A DNA stretch of 61,725 nucleotides, filler included, from Platydemus manokwari (GCA_037951405.1; 5 parts of 5 records of this genome joined end to end with filler, not necessarily neighbours in it), one strand, 5' to 3'; counted from the whole stretch's first letter, positions 25,681 to 40,300 are shown. Translations and numbers: made by a program. The notes: generated by a model from the letters alone, not told the origin.

Positions 25681-28148
25681 GACTATTATCATAGGACACC
25701 AAAAACATCTTATAAATTTACCAACCACCTTACTCTCTTATTGACATATAAGAGACACCCATTAAAATTTTAGATTGAATTAAAGAGTAATGAAGAAGTC
25801 ATAATAAGCCTTCATTGTTATATCAATTATTATCCAAACTATCCAATATTCCGTTAAATTGAGAGATAGTAGCCGTTGTGAATGATAATGAATTGAAAAG
25901 GTTTGAAAAACCATTGTCAGCAGATGCTACCAACCACTTTTATAACCTTATATCGATGAAATCGTTAGCAAGTAGAACAATTTTAACATGGTAATTAATA
26001 TACGTCATAATGTGAATGTGATTCATTATGTAAAATTGTTCACAAAAGATATTAATTTAGAAAATTGGATAAAGACGCTTAAATAACTTCATCTTTTACA
26101 AATTTTGAATATTATATTACAAAAGAAAAGGAGAACAACCAAAATTTCGTTTTTTATTGTAAGATCATACAGAATATCATGTTTTAGAGAGAATAAATTG
26201 GTTACCCTAAAAAGCCTCTGATATATTTCACTGTGGTACTTATGTAAAAGTATGTTAACGTTTACAATTTATTGAAGATTTGTTGAGATGAATGAAACCT
26301 ATTCAAATCAATGTTCGATGCTGACATATAAATATTCATTGCATTTAGTATTTACCAATTTGAAAGATAATAAATGTAAATAATGTTTTGATTTTTTAAT
26401 CATAATATCACTTCATCATATTTCTTCGAGAAAGAAAGTTTAAAAGAACTAATCCTATAGAACTACTGAAGAAATAAAAATATATTTTGTCAAACTAGAT
26501 TATTAGCTTAACTAAAAGCTCCTGGAAGAGCAGCTGAATTATAATAACATAAAAATAAGGATAGATATTGAAATATTATTTAAGAATTCATAGTTTTGAA
26601 AAAGAACTGATTGGGGGTGTAAATTTTGGAACTACCTGTGAAATTAAACCCCATATTTAAAAAACGAATATTTGGATTTTCAGAGGCATCACCGTTATGA
26701 AACATATCTGAATGAAAGCATTAATCATTTTTTCACTTTTCAATATTATTTCGTTATAAATACATGATAATTAAATAGACAAATACAATATACGATATTT
26801 ATAGTCATGAAGATAAAAAATTTTCATTGAGCATATTAGAACAAATTTCTTTTCTCTTTAAATGAAAAAGATCGTAACAAGATAGACACCAAATACGGAT
26901 ATTTATTTATTATTGTTGATTATTTTGAAATTTGGTCTACTTCACTTGTTCTATATTTATTTAATTCAAGAAAAGTGTCAAACTATTAAAGTTTAACTCA
27001 GTAAATAGAGGCTTTAGATTTTGTTTCGCTAAATTTATGATACAAGTCTATCGAGTAATACATCTCATTTTTCCATTAAAAATAAATATTCTCCTAATTT
27101 GTTATATTTACTTTGAAAGAACTGTGTCATAGGTTCTCATACCTATTCTTTTGATAACACAACAGATTATATTTCAGGAATCAATTACAGTGTTGGAATC
27201 TTCACTTCATATTAAAATGAAATTAACAAAAACAGACGATCTTTCAATTCATTATTCATTTGATTGTGATTCTTTGTTAAAAGGTTTCATCAACTCTAAA
27301 GTTAATATCAATTTAAAATTTTTTTTAACACAATCTGTTATTGGATTACAAAAAAATAATATAATGTCATCTAAAAATTTTGATAAATTAATTTCCTATC
27401 CTAAGACTACTGATATTATATGTTGTTTTATTTTATAACTTTCAACCTTAATTTAATCAATAATAATTATCCTGGTGATTTTATTTAATATATTACAATT
27501 TATATTAACTCAAGATATAAAAAGATTCTACTTATTTTAAATTGACAAACCAAATAGAAATCTTAAGCTGAAATTTCATTTTAAACTGGTTAAAAAATAA
27601 TCAATTTAGAAATTCATATATGTAATCCTAGAATTCAGTTCATAATTTATAGAATTAGTCTTAATACTTTTGGATATGCTTAATATTTATTTACTTTAAA
27701 TCAAATAGCTTAAAGGTTTTGGATAGGGTTAAAAAAATTTATTTGATTAGAGCTACTAAAAAATATTCAATTCAGTAAAATAATTTAATACTTAATTTAT
27801 TTCTGAAGAATAGATTCTGACAATCTTAAAAATAAGTTTCAATTTTTACAATTTAAATGGAATATTTCTTAAAATTAATTCGTTCCAAAGATTGTGACAA
27901 TTTTATTTAATACAGTTGAATACAGGTGTTATTATTTTAATAAATTGACGAATTTGATCTTAAGTGTCACTGCATTCAGCCCGATATGATCTAGTTTTCT
28001 ATTTTAAAATTTAGTTTTAAATTCGAAAAATACTTCACAATGATATTCCATCTTTTTAAGGATATAACAAACAATTAGTAATGCAATTGTTTCAGTACTA
28101 GGAAAGAAAACGTAAGAAAATAAATTCAAAATTAAATAAAAACGAATT

Positions 28149-28688
28149 TCATTTAAAATTATTTTTCGTCATTCTTCCTTTCGATCCAGTTTTAATCCAC
28201 ATTTTGATTTCTTGTGATAAATTGGATTGCAATGAGTCGTCGGATGTTTTCGAACTGACATTAATGAAGTTGTCGAAGGAATTTTCACCAGCTACGCTCA
28301 TGCCTAAAATTTCGGATATTTCTTCAGTGCTTTTATTCATTGGTTTTCTTTTTCTATCGGATTTCTCATATTCAATGTCAATTTTTTGATTTCTTGACAG
28401 GAGATTTTTTCGCTTCATTGGATCCAGTACAGGATTAGCATAGACAAGTGATTCGTGAGTCAAAGGAATACTTTGCATATAATCGGAACTAGACATACCA
28501 AATATTTTCGAATTTCTTTTTTCATTTCCTTTTCCTCGGCTTTCAGTGGACCGTGCTCGATTCGAATACTGTGGATTTGCTGTTAGTTTATGTGGCTGCA
28601 TTTTATGTTTGTCATCTTTCATCGGTGGTCCATTGTTATTACTATAAGTTTTCTTGAGAAAAGAATGAACTTTTACTTTGAAAGGCAT
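28149..28688 (-). CDS. Uncharacterised hydrophilic protein (179 aa ORF)
   Basis: ATG-initiated 540 nt open frame with higher GC than its flanks. No recognisable domain. Confidence 0.5.
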   Translation of the reverse strand: MPFKVKVHSFLKKTYSNNNGPPMKDDKHKMQPHKLTANPQYSNRARSTESRGKGNEKRNSKIFGMSSSDYMQSIPLTHESLVYANPVLDPMKRKNLLSRNQKIDIEYEKSDRKRKPMNKSTEEISEILGMSVAGENSFDNFINVSSKTSDDSLQSNLSQEIKMWIKTGSKGRMTKNNFK

Positions 28689-29399
28689 TGTGCAATTTAT
28701 GTAATCAATTTATGCAATTTATACATCGATCATTTATTAATTGATAATGAAGCTTACAATGATAATCGTATAGTTAACTTCATCGTTAAAATATGTAAAT
28801 TAATTGGGACAATTTTCATGAAATTTTATTAAGGGATTAAAATTTAAAAACGACTGCATGTTATTTACTGAAATATAAACTTTATAATGTAAAATTATCT
28901 GTTTTACTCATTTTTAAAATTTCAACACTTGCCTTTTTACTTTGTTGATTTCATTTATTTTACATTAATTAGTGTTGTGAGTATTTTTAAATGAATTAAT
29001 TTTTTAAAGATTTAATTCAGGTTTTATATAAAATTATATTAATTTGATTATATAATTGTATATAAATACATAATTTGGTGTCGTGAATTTCCAGTTCGTT
29101 TTCAATGAGTATAATATAGTAGCGATTTACAAGTGTGATATGCATGTGTGCTTGTATGTGTAATTACTGGCAATTCGAGTTCCGTAGTTATTAGTTTTCG
29201 ATATAGCTTCGAAAAATTCACTTTGATTCGAACAGCCAATCATTTCACTCAATTCCTATCACTATCCACTTGATCGTGTGTCATTTTCAGACTTTGATTT
29301 CAAATTATATTATTATTCATATTATATTAATTATTGAAAATTATAAACTGATGCTATGAGCATCAATATTAAGGTTTTTGCTAAAAAAATTTAATGAAG

Positions 29400-29640
29400 A
29401 TACGATATAATGATGAAACTAATTTCTTCACAATCAACCAATATAACAAGTGTGAAATGATTAACTTTTTGACATATAAATAAATAATTCGTCTCTCATC
29501 AGTGAAACAAAAAAAATCCACTTTTCCGATGTTTGTATATGCTTCAATGAATAAATGAATATTACTACTACATAACCGGTACATCTCTCGTTAATTTAGA
29601 ATTCCCCACAAATAATTTCTTGGACCATTGTTTTAACGAT
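29400..29640 (-). mobile_element. Possible Tc1/maT-like transposase remnant
   Basis: KVDFFCFTDERRI resembles the first catalytic motif I.FTDEK.F; otherwise highly decayed. Confidence 0.3.
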
Positions 29641-31946
29641 TTACGCCGTACAAACAGAAGAAAAACAACAATATCTACTCGTCCCAGCATAAAATTGACA
29701 CTGAATTTGAACATTTATATGAATACTCTGTGAGAAATTGGTCAACATTTCCTGACCCGATATTGAGTTTCACTGCGAACTCCAATTACCCGGTACTTGG
29801 TTTTACTGTCAATTATTTTCTCACTGAAAGCGGGAAAATAATGGATAATAATTCCTGAAAAACATGAGTAGGCAATTTCAATAATTATTGTGATGCAAAC
29901 AATCTATACAAGAAAGAAGAAACAATCACACTTGGTTTATGATAAATAATCTATGGAGATAAATTATGCATGATGTGTTCACTGTTTGTTTTGGTTTCTA
30001 TTGAATCCTGTCTTATAAAGACGAAGAATATCTGCATAATTGATTTCAGCAACATTTGATTAAGAATTTACACTTTCTACAATTTCTTGTTGGTTTTTAA
30101 GGTATTAATAATATTAAAATGATATTGAAAACGAAAATCAACTTAGAAATTTAGGAACAAACAGTAAAAGGAGGAAGGTGAGATCATTTCAGTTGGAATA
30201 AGAATTATGTCCTTCGATGAAATGCAATAAGAACTCAAAAAATTGATGTTAAATTCATGGAATAATTTAAAAATTATCATAGAAAAACCTCACATATTTT
30301 GTTTGTGTATCATTTTATTTCAGTTGAATCTAAGGAGGTCACAATACCAACGATTGAAAAGAATAGATATTTATCCGGAAAAAGAAATAATTCTTAATAT
30401 AAAAACAATCGCATATGTAAATTTTATTCTGGATAAAAGTACTTTATTAAAACATTTAATCATGCCTTATTAGGTTCATATAAATTACCTAATATTTAAA
30501 TTTTTATTCCTCTCCTAAACATTAAAAAATGTAATCAATATTTATTTTTAGGTCGACTAAATTTGAATTAAAAAAAACCCAAGTGATCTATCACAATAAC
30601 TGATGCGAATGAGGTTTATTTTAAAAGAAACAAAACGATCTTTTAAAAATGCGAAAAATAATTAAAATTTACAGAACATCAAAATTATTTGAAAATTATG
30701 TTAAAAATAAATAAACTATATCAATATTTATAAAACATAAGGATCAAAAATTATCAACATAAATTAAGTTATTTCCATGCTTATCATCAATTAGTGTCAT
30801 TATATATATTTCGAAATTCTAAGTTTGTGCATCTTGAGAATTATGTTTTAGTAGTTTTATAAAACTGTCCAATAAAAGTTGTGTTATAATCAATTTGAAA
30901 CTAAAAATCTGTAATCTGTCAATTTCTTAAATCACCAAATCAATTCTTCTTTATCGTTATTCAGCTTCTTTATTGTATGTCAATATCTGAGTGCCTTTAT
31001 TTAAATATTTTAAATTAATTTTTCAGCTCCATTAACAATAATAGAATATTTTTTTATTTCTACATGGTTACCACTGTTCCACAACTTATTAGACTGCATA
31101 TGTAAATCACAAAACTGGCGGCCTGCCAAATCTTCAAATCCGAGCTGTGACTTGGATGATTTACCTTATTTTTTACAAAATCTATGTTTTTAAAAATTTT
31201 AAACAAATCTGAATTTATTTGAGCTTTCAGTTGGTTATTTAATATTTTGGTCAACTTAATAATATTAAACCGAGGTACATCTAGTTGATCAGACATTTGT
31301 AGATCATGATCCACAAGATTCTAATCACATTTAGTTTTAAATGGAGATCTTTAAATCTATTCGAATTATCTTGCGTTTCAAAATAATTAACATGAAATAA
31401 AATAAATATTTATAAAGATGGGTTAAAGATACAAAGTGAATCACAAAGTGATCTAAATCGGTAGCTTTTGTCTTTAAATTGATCCAGCAAATACAGGTTG
31501 TAACAGCAGTCGTTATTCTCTTCTTCCGAAAAATATTTTTTTAAGTCTGGAACATATAAGATCATCATTTCACAAATTATTATTTGTTTCTAATTCCATG
31601 CCTCTCCGATTGTAAAAATATAAATCATAAAATAAAATAACAAAATTTTCTTACATTTGAAATATGGGCTTAAGTTAAGAAAAGAAGTCCTAAAATTAAA
31701 TTTTTAATTTGTTGAGTGTATTGAAAAAATCTATATCATTTATTGAATTATATTCGTTAATAACATATTTAATTTTTTATATAAGTTCTTATGAAGAAGT
31801 TTAGTTATTAAAAATCAAATATTAAATAGACAAGAAATTCAAAATCTCTTAAAATTTGATTATTTGAAAAAGAGATCAAAATTGGTCAAATTCTATTTAT
31901 TGAAAATGACCGAGGGCCCCTTTTTTAACATTAGAAGAAAATAAAG

Positions 31947-32265
31947 AGATATTCTCAATTTTTACAATTATTTTATAAAAAATAATCAATGATATCATTA
32001 AACAGGATTGTAGTTAACTAACTCGATTTATAATTAAAAAATTTAAATTTAAAAACTCAAATAATCATATATCAGTGTTGTGCTTAAAATAGGAACTTGA
32101 TTTTAAAACTATGTTCTTTCCCTAATAGGCATCCTAAAAGGTGAGGTATTAACTGAATTATACGAATAAATCAAAAATCGCAATAATATATAAAATCAAT
32201 TTATAAAATTGTCCCATGCGCGAAAATTCATTATTACGAAAGTAGGTCAAAGAACCCCTTTACTG
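31947..32265 (+). repeat. Dispersed interspersed repeat, copy 2
   Basis: Diverged colinear copy of 4012-4325. Confidence 0.8.
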
Positions 32266-33327
32266 ATATTAATCCGAAATATTATTTGAATTCTTGTTTA
32301 ATATTTGCATTTACTATCATAGTTTTATAATAATTGATTTGATAAAGTAAATCGAGCATAATATTAATAATAATATAATAATTATAAACCAATATTCGAC
32401 CAAATTTTCATAAAACTGGTCAAATAGATGTGTCATTAAAATTTAATTTTTTAAAAATTCATGATATTACTTTCAAGTATTTATCATCCACTTGTCGCAT
32501 ACATAGCGTTGAATAAATTTGTCATCGACAAGAATTGATGCTAAATAAAAATTGATTGCTAAAATATTGGTATAAATTGTTAATGGCAATCATCAAATAC
32601 GGTTTTCGTGTCAAGAAAAACACAAATGAAAATAAATGAAAACAATTGAAATCGTTTATTAAACTGAGAGGCCAAATCAACCATGAATCATGAAATCAAC
32701 ATCTGGTTAGTGAGAATCTGGCAATCTCGATGGGATTAACTATTCAAACAAATTTGTGAACATGCGGTCATTGGATGTACCACCGAAATCAAGGCTGCAC
32801 TCTCTCGTCACTAAGAGTTCAGTGAGTTTCCAGAAACTTTAGCTGGTAAAATAGAGTATTGGAAAATATTCTTTGTTCTGGTGTGTCTTAAAAACTTCCT
32901 TAACAAGTTTCGTTTCGCGAAATAAGGAAGTCACAACCAATAATAAACAACAATATACACTTAAAACAATTAATTGTAAAGTTAATTTCCATTTTTCGTC
33001 GGGAAATCTTGAAAACACTGAATAAAGCTTAACAGAAAACAGAATTATTAATATTAATTATTAATAATTATAAAATATAATCACTGTTTTTGTAATTTTA
33101 AATTTTCTGATAATTATTATTCGGAAAATTTTTAAGGTTATTATTATAAAAAATTCTATCATAATAATTTTTGTGAATTACTTTTATTTTTTATTATCTT
33201 TAATAATGCTAAAATTACGACTTCAATCTAGCCAATACAGGTGAAAAGAATTCTGGAAATTTTTGCACCACACATTCGTTGTATTAAAGGTACAGCTATA
33301 AAACTAATACTTATGTATTTATAAATA

Positions 33328-33797
33328 TTAGATTGGAACGAAAATCTTGTCCGATAGAAAATAATATTTATTTAACCCATAAAGAAAATATGTAAATCGA
33401 GAAATATAAACAAAACATCATTTGTCTGTAAATCTGAAATGTTGAAAATAGTCACCTTTAAGATCTATACACTTTTGCCGGTGTTCTGGAAGTTGTTTTA
33501 TGCCGTTTTCATAGAATTCCTCAGGTTTTGAAATGAACAACTTTTCCAAACTATCGTTTACCTCTTCAGCGGGGTGATACATTTCCAATGAAGTAGGTTT
33601 TTCATAAGAGAAAACAGGTAATAATCTGACTGGCCAAGATCTGGGAAGTATGGTAGATGTCGTTTTACCGTAAACGTGCAGTATGCGTTCGAGCATTATT
33701 GTGAAGGGTGTTTTGTTTTTATTTCCAATTTACATATTGTCGTTATTGGTTAAATAAATATTATTTTCTAACAGGCAACATTTTCGTTTCAATCCTA
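33328..33797 (-). mobile_element. Internally deleted mariner element with ~50 bp TIRs and TA target-site duplication
   Basis: Left end ttagattggaacgaaaatcttgtccgatagaaaataatatttatttaacc; right end reverse-complements to taggattgaaacgaaaatgttgcctgttagaaaataatatttatttaacc; TA on both flanks. Inside (minus): LHNNARTH, PDLGQSDYYLF, and SKPEEFYENGIKQLPEHRQKCIDLKGDYF, which is the mariner transposase C-terminus. Confidence 0.92.
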
Positions 33798-36024
33798 TAT
33801 TTCATTGATATTTCAATATGTTGACTACGAATGAAATATTGAATCCATAATATATATTAATTAGGAATTTTCGTGGAAGACATTTGTAATTTTTTAAAAT
33901 ATATTTTTGTTTTATTCGTTATTAAAAATATAAAAGAACGATATTGTTTGCATTTCCACCTGTAATCCAGTTTAAAAGTTAGGGCTTTATATTTGAAAAA
34001 AATACACTGATAAAGACTAAAATACCTTATTGGTTGAAATATTAGCCTGATTATAAGTCATCATGGAATTTCTTAGAAAAACCGACAAAGCGTATTATTA
34101 ATATTCCTTATTAATAAAAAGTGATTTAATTTTCTTTAAGCATTAACAAGTGAAACGCTGCCTTCTAACCAATTAAGGGGTATTTTTACCCCCTCCAAAA
34201 GATATGGCTTATTTCGAATCTATTCTTGATTGCAAATATTGAAATCTAATCCCATTTCTAAAAGTGAATATATTTGATTAGAAAATCGCATTATCTATCA
34301 AATATCGGACCAATGTCCCAGATGAAAAATATAATGTGTCAAAATTTTTCATCACCAAATATATCGTAAAGAACAACAATAAAAAAATTCCGATAAAAAG
34401 TCGACAAAAAATTGTCAATATTTTGGTCAAGTAAAATAATCTCAATTATCAAAACTTACATAATAGACAAATATTGTTTCATTCCTCACTAAATGCCATA
34501 AATCCCTTAACATTAGCCGATACAATCAAGCAACTTTAAAAAACAGAAGCAAAATTAATTTCCATTTAATGGAAATGCTTTCAAATCCAATTTCCTCGAC
34601 CTGTGCTCTCTAATCAAGTTGAATTAGAGCTTATAATTACCAGACTTACACCTACAGTGTGACAGGCAACTACTAAACCATCGGCTAGCTAACTCTTGCC
34701 CATTCTAATTAAATTTCTGTTATTTCTCTACATCTTGAAGCAATTATCACAACGTCTAGTACAATGCCTCACTCTAGCATATGTCAACATCTAATATGAC
34801 TTTTAATTTCTCCATTATCTGCCCGAATTTACTAAATCACGGATAATTTTCATCACAACTTCAAATTGCACGTTTTCTAATTCGATTGTCAGCCTATTAC
34901 TACCGGATACTAAATGAGATCGAGATGGCCGCGTATTATTTACCGTCAGATACGAAAAAGATGAAGAAAATTTTATTTTATTTTATTTTCATTTTCATTT
35001 TTCATTCTCATTCAAAGTGCACAATTCTCAACGGACACGGTTTATTCCTCGGTTTCATATCCGCCAGTCATATGCAAATCATGGACCGACGGGTGGCGCA
35101 TTGCGAAAAAAAAGAATGAAAGACGTCGTCGTCGAGAGTGACAAAAAAAACCCAACCCAAATGAAAGGAAAGGAAAAAATCTGTATGAAAATTTAATTAA
35201 AAAACATTTTAAAACACATCGTAAATTTGCTTTGGTCGAATAGAAATGAATAAAAATCATTAATGTTAATTTATGATAATATGTATTCGGTGTGAGGGGG
35301 AGGAGGTTCATATATTAATCCCACCAACTTTCCAATGACGGAATTTTCTTTGGAAAAATCCAATTACGAAACAATATAATATTTTATGACCCTTTCATAC
35401 ATTATTACTTATGTGGTTTGCTATTAAAAATATAAAATATAATTTTTTAATGTAATAATAGATTATAATTAATTGGATGACATTACTACTGTTAAATAGT
35501 CGTATTTATTTCCCATCATACACGTCGAAACGAAACGAATATGTTCTCCATCGACACTTCAATCGAATCGATTTAAAAAAAAAAGTACGATTTTATCAAC
35601 GATCAGTCGATTTTCATTCATTTCGCTAATTTCGTTATTTATTTTTATTTGAAGTTGTTTTACTAAACTTCTCTTAATTTGTTGCACTCAAATCTCAAGT
35701 GTTTTTCTCATTTAATCGTTCATTTGTTCCTGAGGCGAATCAGCTAACCAATCGAAAATAAGCTGGATAGCGTGTTGCTTTGATTCAGTCCATAATATTT
35801 GTTTGTTGTTTTAAATAAATCACATCAAATTTATTGAAGCAAACCAAAACTGAGTATGTATGGAAAAAAAGTTTATTATTTGTCGATATTTCTGTTGGTA
35901 CACACACGGCTTTTGATAAAAACTTGAAACAAAAAAAAACAGTGATACGTATTTAATAGACAGACTGGCTTTTTTTTATCCGTTTACTTGACAAAAATAA
36001 TAATAATATTAATAATAAAATCCG

Positions 36025-37332
36025 ATGGAGAACTCATTCATTACAAATTCGTCTCAGAGCAATTTCTATCAGATCAATAATTCAAATGTTCTATCGAAAA
36101 TGATTCAATCAGCCTTGCCAATGTCGGTGATATCGGGTACTGCACAGAGCAATCCATTTTCACAGAATTCCATGCTATCACTTCAGCCGTTATTGAAAAC
36201 GTTTCACCCAGTGATGGGTGAGTTCTGTAAGAAGGCATTGCAAGATGATCCGAAACCAAACTATAGTTATATAGGTCAATCAATTTTATTGTTTTTGTAA
36301 TTTTGTATAAGAATTATTTTTTTCAATTAGGACTCATATCGATGGCAATTCTGAGTACAAAGGACAAGAAAATGGTTTTGTCAGACATTTACCAATGGAT
36401 ACAAGATCATTATACTTATTTCCAAACCCGAGGACCTGGATGGAGGAATAGCATTCGACACAATCTATCGCTGAATGATTGCTTCATTAAAGTTGGTAAG
36501 TATAATGACGTCATTTTGAAGAAGCTATTAGAACTATACTGTCATTGTTATTATGAAAATATTTTTCTCATTAGCAGTTAATGTTATAATAATAGATTCT
36601 TAATAATTGGATGATAAATAAAATCATTTAACAAATATCATTAAAAATTTTATCATATCATTCATATATTTTCGTCTTTCAGGTAGATCATCAAATGGTA
36701 AAGGTCACTATTGGGGAATTCATCCAGCTAATATCGAAGACTTCAAACGAGGCGACTTTCGACGAAGAAGAGCCCAAAGAAAGGTCCGTCGAGCGTTAGG
36801 TTTATCGTGTCCAGATGAAGACGACACCCCATCGCCATCGCCAGTTCATTCACCGAAAGTGTTCGAATGGACCATCAATTCACAAAACGATACCTCAAAT
36901 TTCGCCATTTCAGATACATCTCATTACAAAATGAGTTCCGTCATTCATAATAAATCAGACAATGAAACTCCAATCATTTCGAATTCAGTATTCAGTCCAT
37001 ATTTCTGGTCACCGTGTTCGGATGACGATGATAAATCGAAATTCGTTCGACCCAATCCAAATTCCAGAACATTCGACATTGACAACATTCTGAATCCAGC
37101 ATCGAAGAAAGTTCCATTCAAAGACATTTTCTACAATCAGTTCTTTTCTCATTTGAATTTCTTGAACATCATTCACGGTATGAGATTTCCCCGACAAATG
37201 CCAACAGCATTATATCGAGAAAATCAAATCCATCAAATTTTGGAATTCAAACATCGAGCCATTGCAAATCGTTCGACGGGTCTCATGTTGAAAAGTGTGA
37301 CAAATATTGATCAGATAGATCATTTCAATTGA
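36025..37332 (+). CDS. foxQ2: Forkhead transcription factor, FoxQ2 family (FoxQ2/FoxQD, fd102C-like), 3 exons
   Basis: Exons 36025-36274, 36331-36495, 36683-37332. Domain [88 protein letters not shown] is diagnostic of FoxQ2. C-terminal eh1 motif FDIDNIL at 37072-37092. Confidence 0.93.
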
Positions 37333-40300
37333 TTTTCATTTGTTTCTTTTTTGTCAATTTGATCCTATTTTTCAAATTATTCAAATCAGCTTGTATATTT
37401 ATTTCACAGAAAATAAATTCTACGATTATGGATTATATTTTAAATTAATAATTTTCTAAATGAATTGACAAAATAATAATAATAATAATGATAATAATAA
37501 TATTAATAATAATAATAANNNNNNNNNNNNNNNNNNNNNNNNNNNNNNNNNNNNNNNNNNNNTTAATTAATTAANNNNNNNNNNNNNNNNNNNNNNNNNN
37601 NNNNNNNNNNNNNNNNNNTGTCATTGAAATAAAATGCAACTTTGTATTTCATAAAAACCTAATTATTTATAATATGTATTTGATAATACATATTTATTTC
37701 TTCCCTCCTATCTTTCTGCACAAGCTCGTCAAAATTTTGGTACTCTTTAAATGGTATTGGACTCCTTAATTTAGGTATTATTTCGCTTTGAATTATTGAT
37801 ACATGAATTATATTGATACATATACTCTAAGCCTTCATTACCAATCCCTTTAATTGGGTAAGGTATTCTCCTACATTTTATTTCGTATGTCATACGAACA
37901 GACTAAATATCCATAGAAACCATAGAAAAAGCCTTTAAATGGTCAATACACGCAGATTCGATAAGCCAACGTGGCAATAAATAATCAGATGTTTTCTATA
38001 TATCAGTTCATATATAGAACTCGATAATTTACTGATGCACAGGAACAAGATACGCTAATAGCACGAGAGATACAATAAAATTTGCTAATAAACCGACTTG
38101 TGCAAAGCCCTATTGAATGAAAAGTAGAGCCTTGAGACATCGAGTGAAGCAACGAAATAAAACCGAAGCACTATTTCATTTTTTCGATAATATATAAACA
38201 AACGCCTGCTTTAAGCACTAGTCTTTTCAAATTAAACTTGTCAGTTATTATCGAGATACAATAATCTGGATGATTAGAAAATCAATAAAAGTCAAACATC
38301 CAGTGTTTATCTTTATCAGCCTTAGTTATAAATCGAAATTCGATCGGAATTCTGGTGATTGATTGAATTAACGACTCTCTCAATTGATCAAGTGTAGACA
38401 CGGTACTCTTCTCTAGGGTTTATTTTTAAAGAATCAGATGCGTTTATATAAGTCTCTATCCCAATAAATAGAAAATAATGATAATAAAAAAGTTCTGGAA
38501 TGGCAAAAGAAATACGAATAGTAAAGAAATCATAATTAACCCTTTTATAACAATTATAAAAAATGTCCAAACATTTTTGGTAACTCTAACTCAACAATTT
38601 TAAATATTGTACTTTTGAGTACTCATAATTAATTCTACATGGAAAATAAAATTGTATGTAGCTAATTCACAATGTGAAAACTAATGCAATCAATCACTAA
38701 TGATAAGGAGTTGATTAATTAGCTAGAAGGATAAGAATCGTGCATTTACACTTAATCGTATAATATATATGTTGGGGTTTTGACAAATCGATTCAATCAA
38801 ACTAAGCCTTGCACGACGCAGTATATCAATTTCTATGACAATTGTATTTTTATGCATGAGTACTAGTAGGGTATTGTATTTTTATTGTATTAATTTTTAT
38901 TTAATCCGTGTTTATTTTTTATGACTTAACAATTCTTGAATTGATTTAATGAAAACAGTTTGAAATGATATTTATAAAATAATATATTGGATATTTATAA
39001 TAATAATTATCCCTAAATATTTAAAATAATATATTCTGAAAAATTCTATTAAAGAAAAACCCATTAAATTTCCTAAATAATAAATTAATTCATAAAATAA
39101 CACCCGTAATATATTATTGCGCAATAACATTGACAAATAAATTACCACCTATTATCACGCACAGTAAATACAGACAGTAAATGAAATATTCATCCAATTA
39201 AATTTATTCAGAGAGAATTTCTCTCTCCAATAAATAAATTGTATCGAGAAAACAATAAATGCATGGATTGAATTTAATCACAGAAAACATCTACGAGTGA
39301 CTCATCGCTGCATATAAATGGCAATAGTCATAAATACTGCTGCCACTATGACACATTATTGCAGGTAGGTACATGTTACTGCAATTGTTATATACGGTGA
39401 GAAGACACAATTTGCAAATCAAGAACAGCACAAGATGATCATTTAGAGTCGGAGATCATTATTTCCACGTGTGCAGAGTATTTTTACTGGAAGACCATAC
39501 AGTAAGATACATTTGTATGAAATACCAATCTATATTATATCGCCTATCTCTTATTATCGAGATTAACTCAATCGCTCTTGAGAGGAAGTTTATTAACCGT
39601 TTCTTAACACAAGAGTTGTTAAGATTCATTATAAGGTTTGATGTAGTGTAGCATTGAAAATGACTTGCAATTGTTGTCAATTTTCATCGTATTTTAATAA
39701 TAAAAAATTGTAGTAACAATAGTAAAGTAAATGAAATATCGATTCTTTTCACTGAAAATAAGAAATTTAGTCTTACCTGAAGGTTTTCTTTAAGTTAAAT
39801 TTTATAAAAATATAATGATAATGATTAACTCTTAGGTACTAACTTAATGTTCACAAGTCGGAATCAATTCTTTTTTCTTCTCTGTGACCCATTTTAAAAC
39901 TCATCAGTGGTATTAATATGAAATGATTAGTAATGAAGTAATTACAGCCCATAACATTATTGATGGGATGAAATTAACTGAAGCATTGAAAGATCGTTAC
40001 ACACTTGAGGTCGCCTTTCAAATGAGCTTATAATTTCCCATCTCAGTGGACATCACAGATAATAAAACGTAAACGGAGAATAATTTTCATATCAAGAGAT
40101 TCATTAAAAGCAAATAAAGAATTATTTTAAAAAGATGTTACCAATCAAAGCTTTTAAAGTAACTCGAATTATGGAAAATGGGCGAATGTTCTTTCTGGCA
40201 TATTTGATCAAAACTTAACGAAATAACAAAAATTTGCTTATCGAATACAGTAAAAATTCACGTGATAAAATAATTTGAAAAATGATAACACAAAAAAAAA

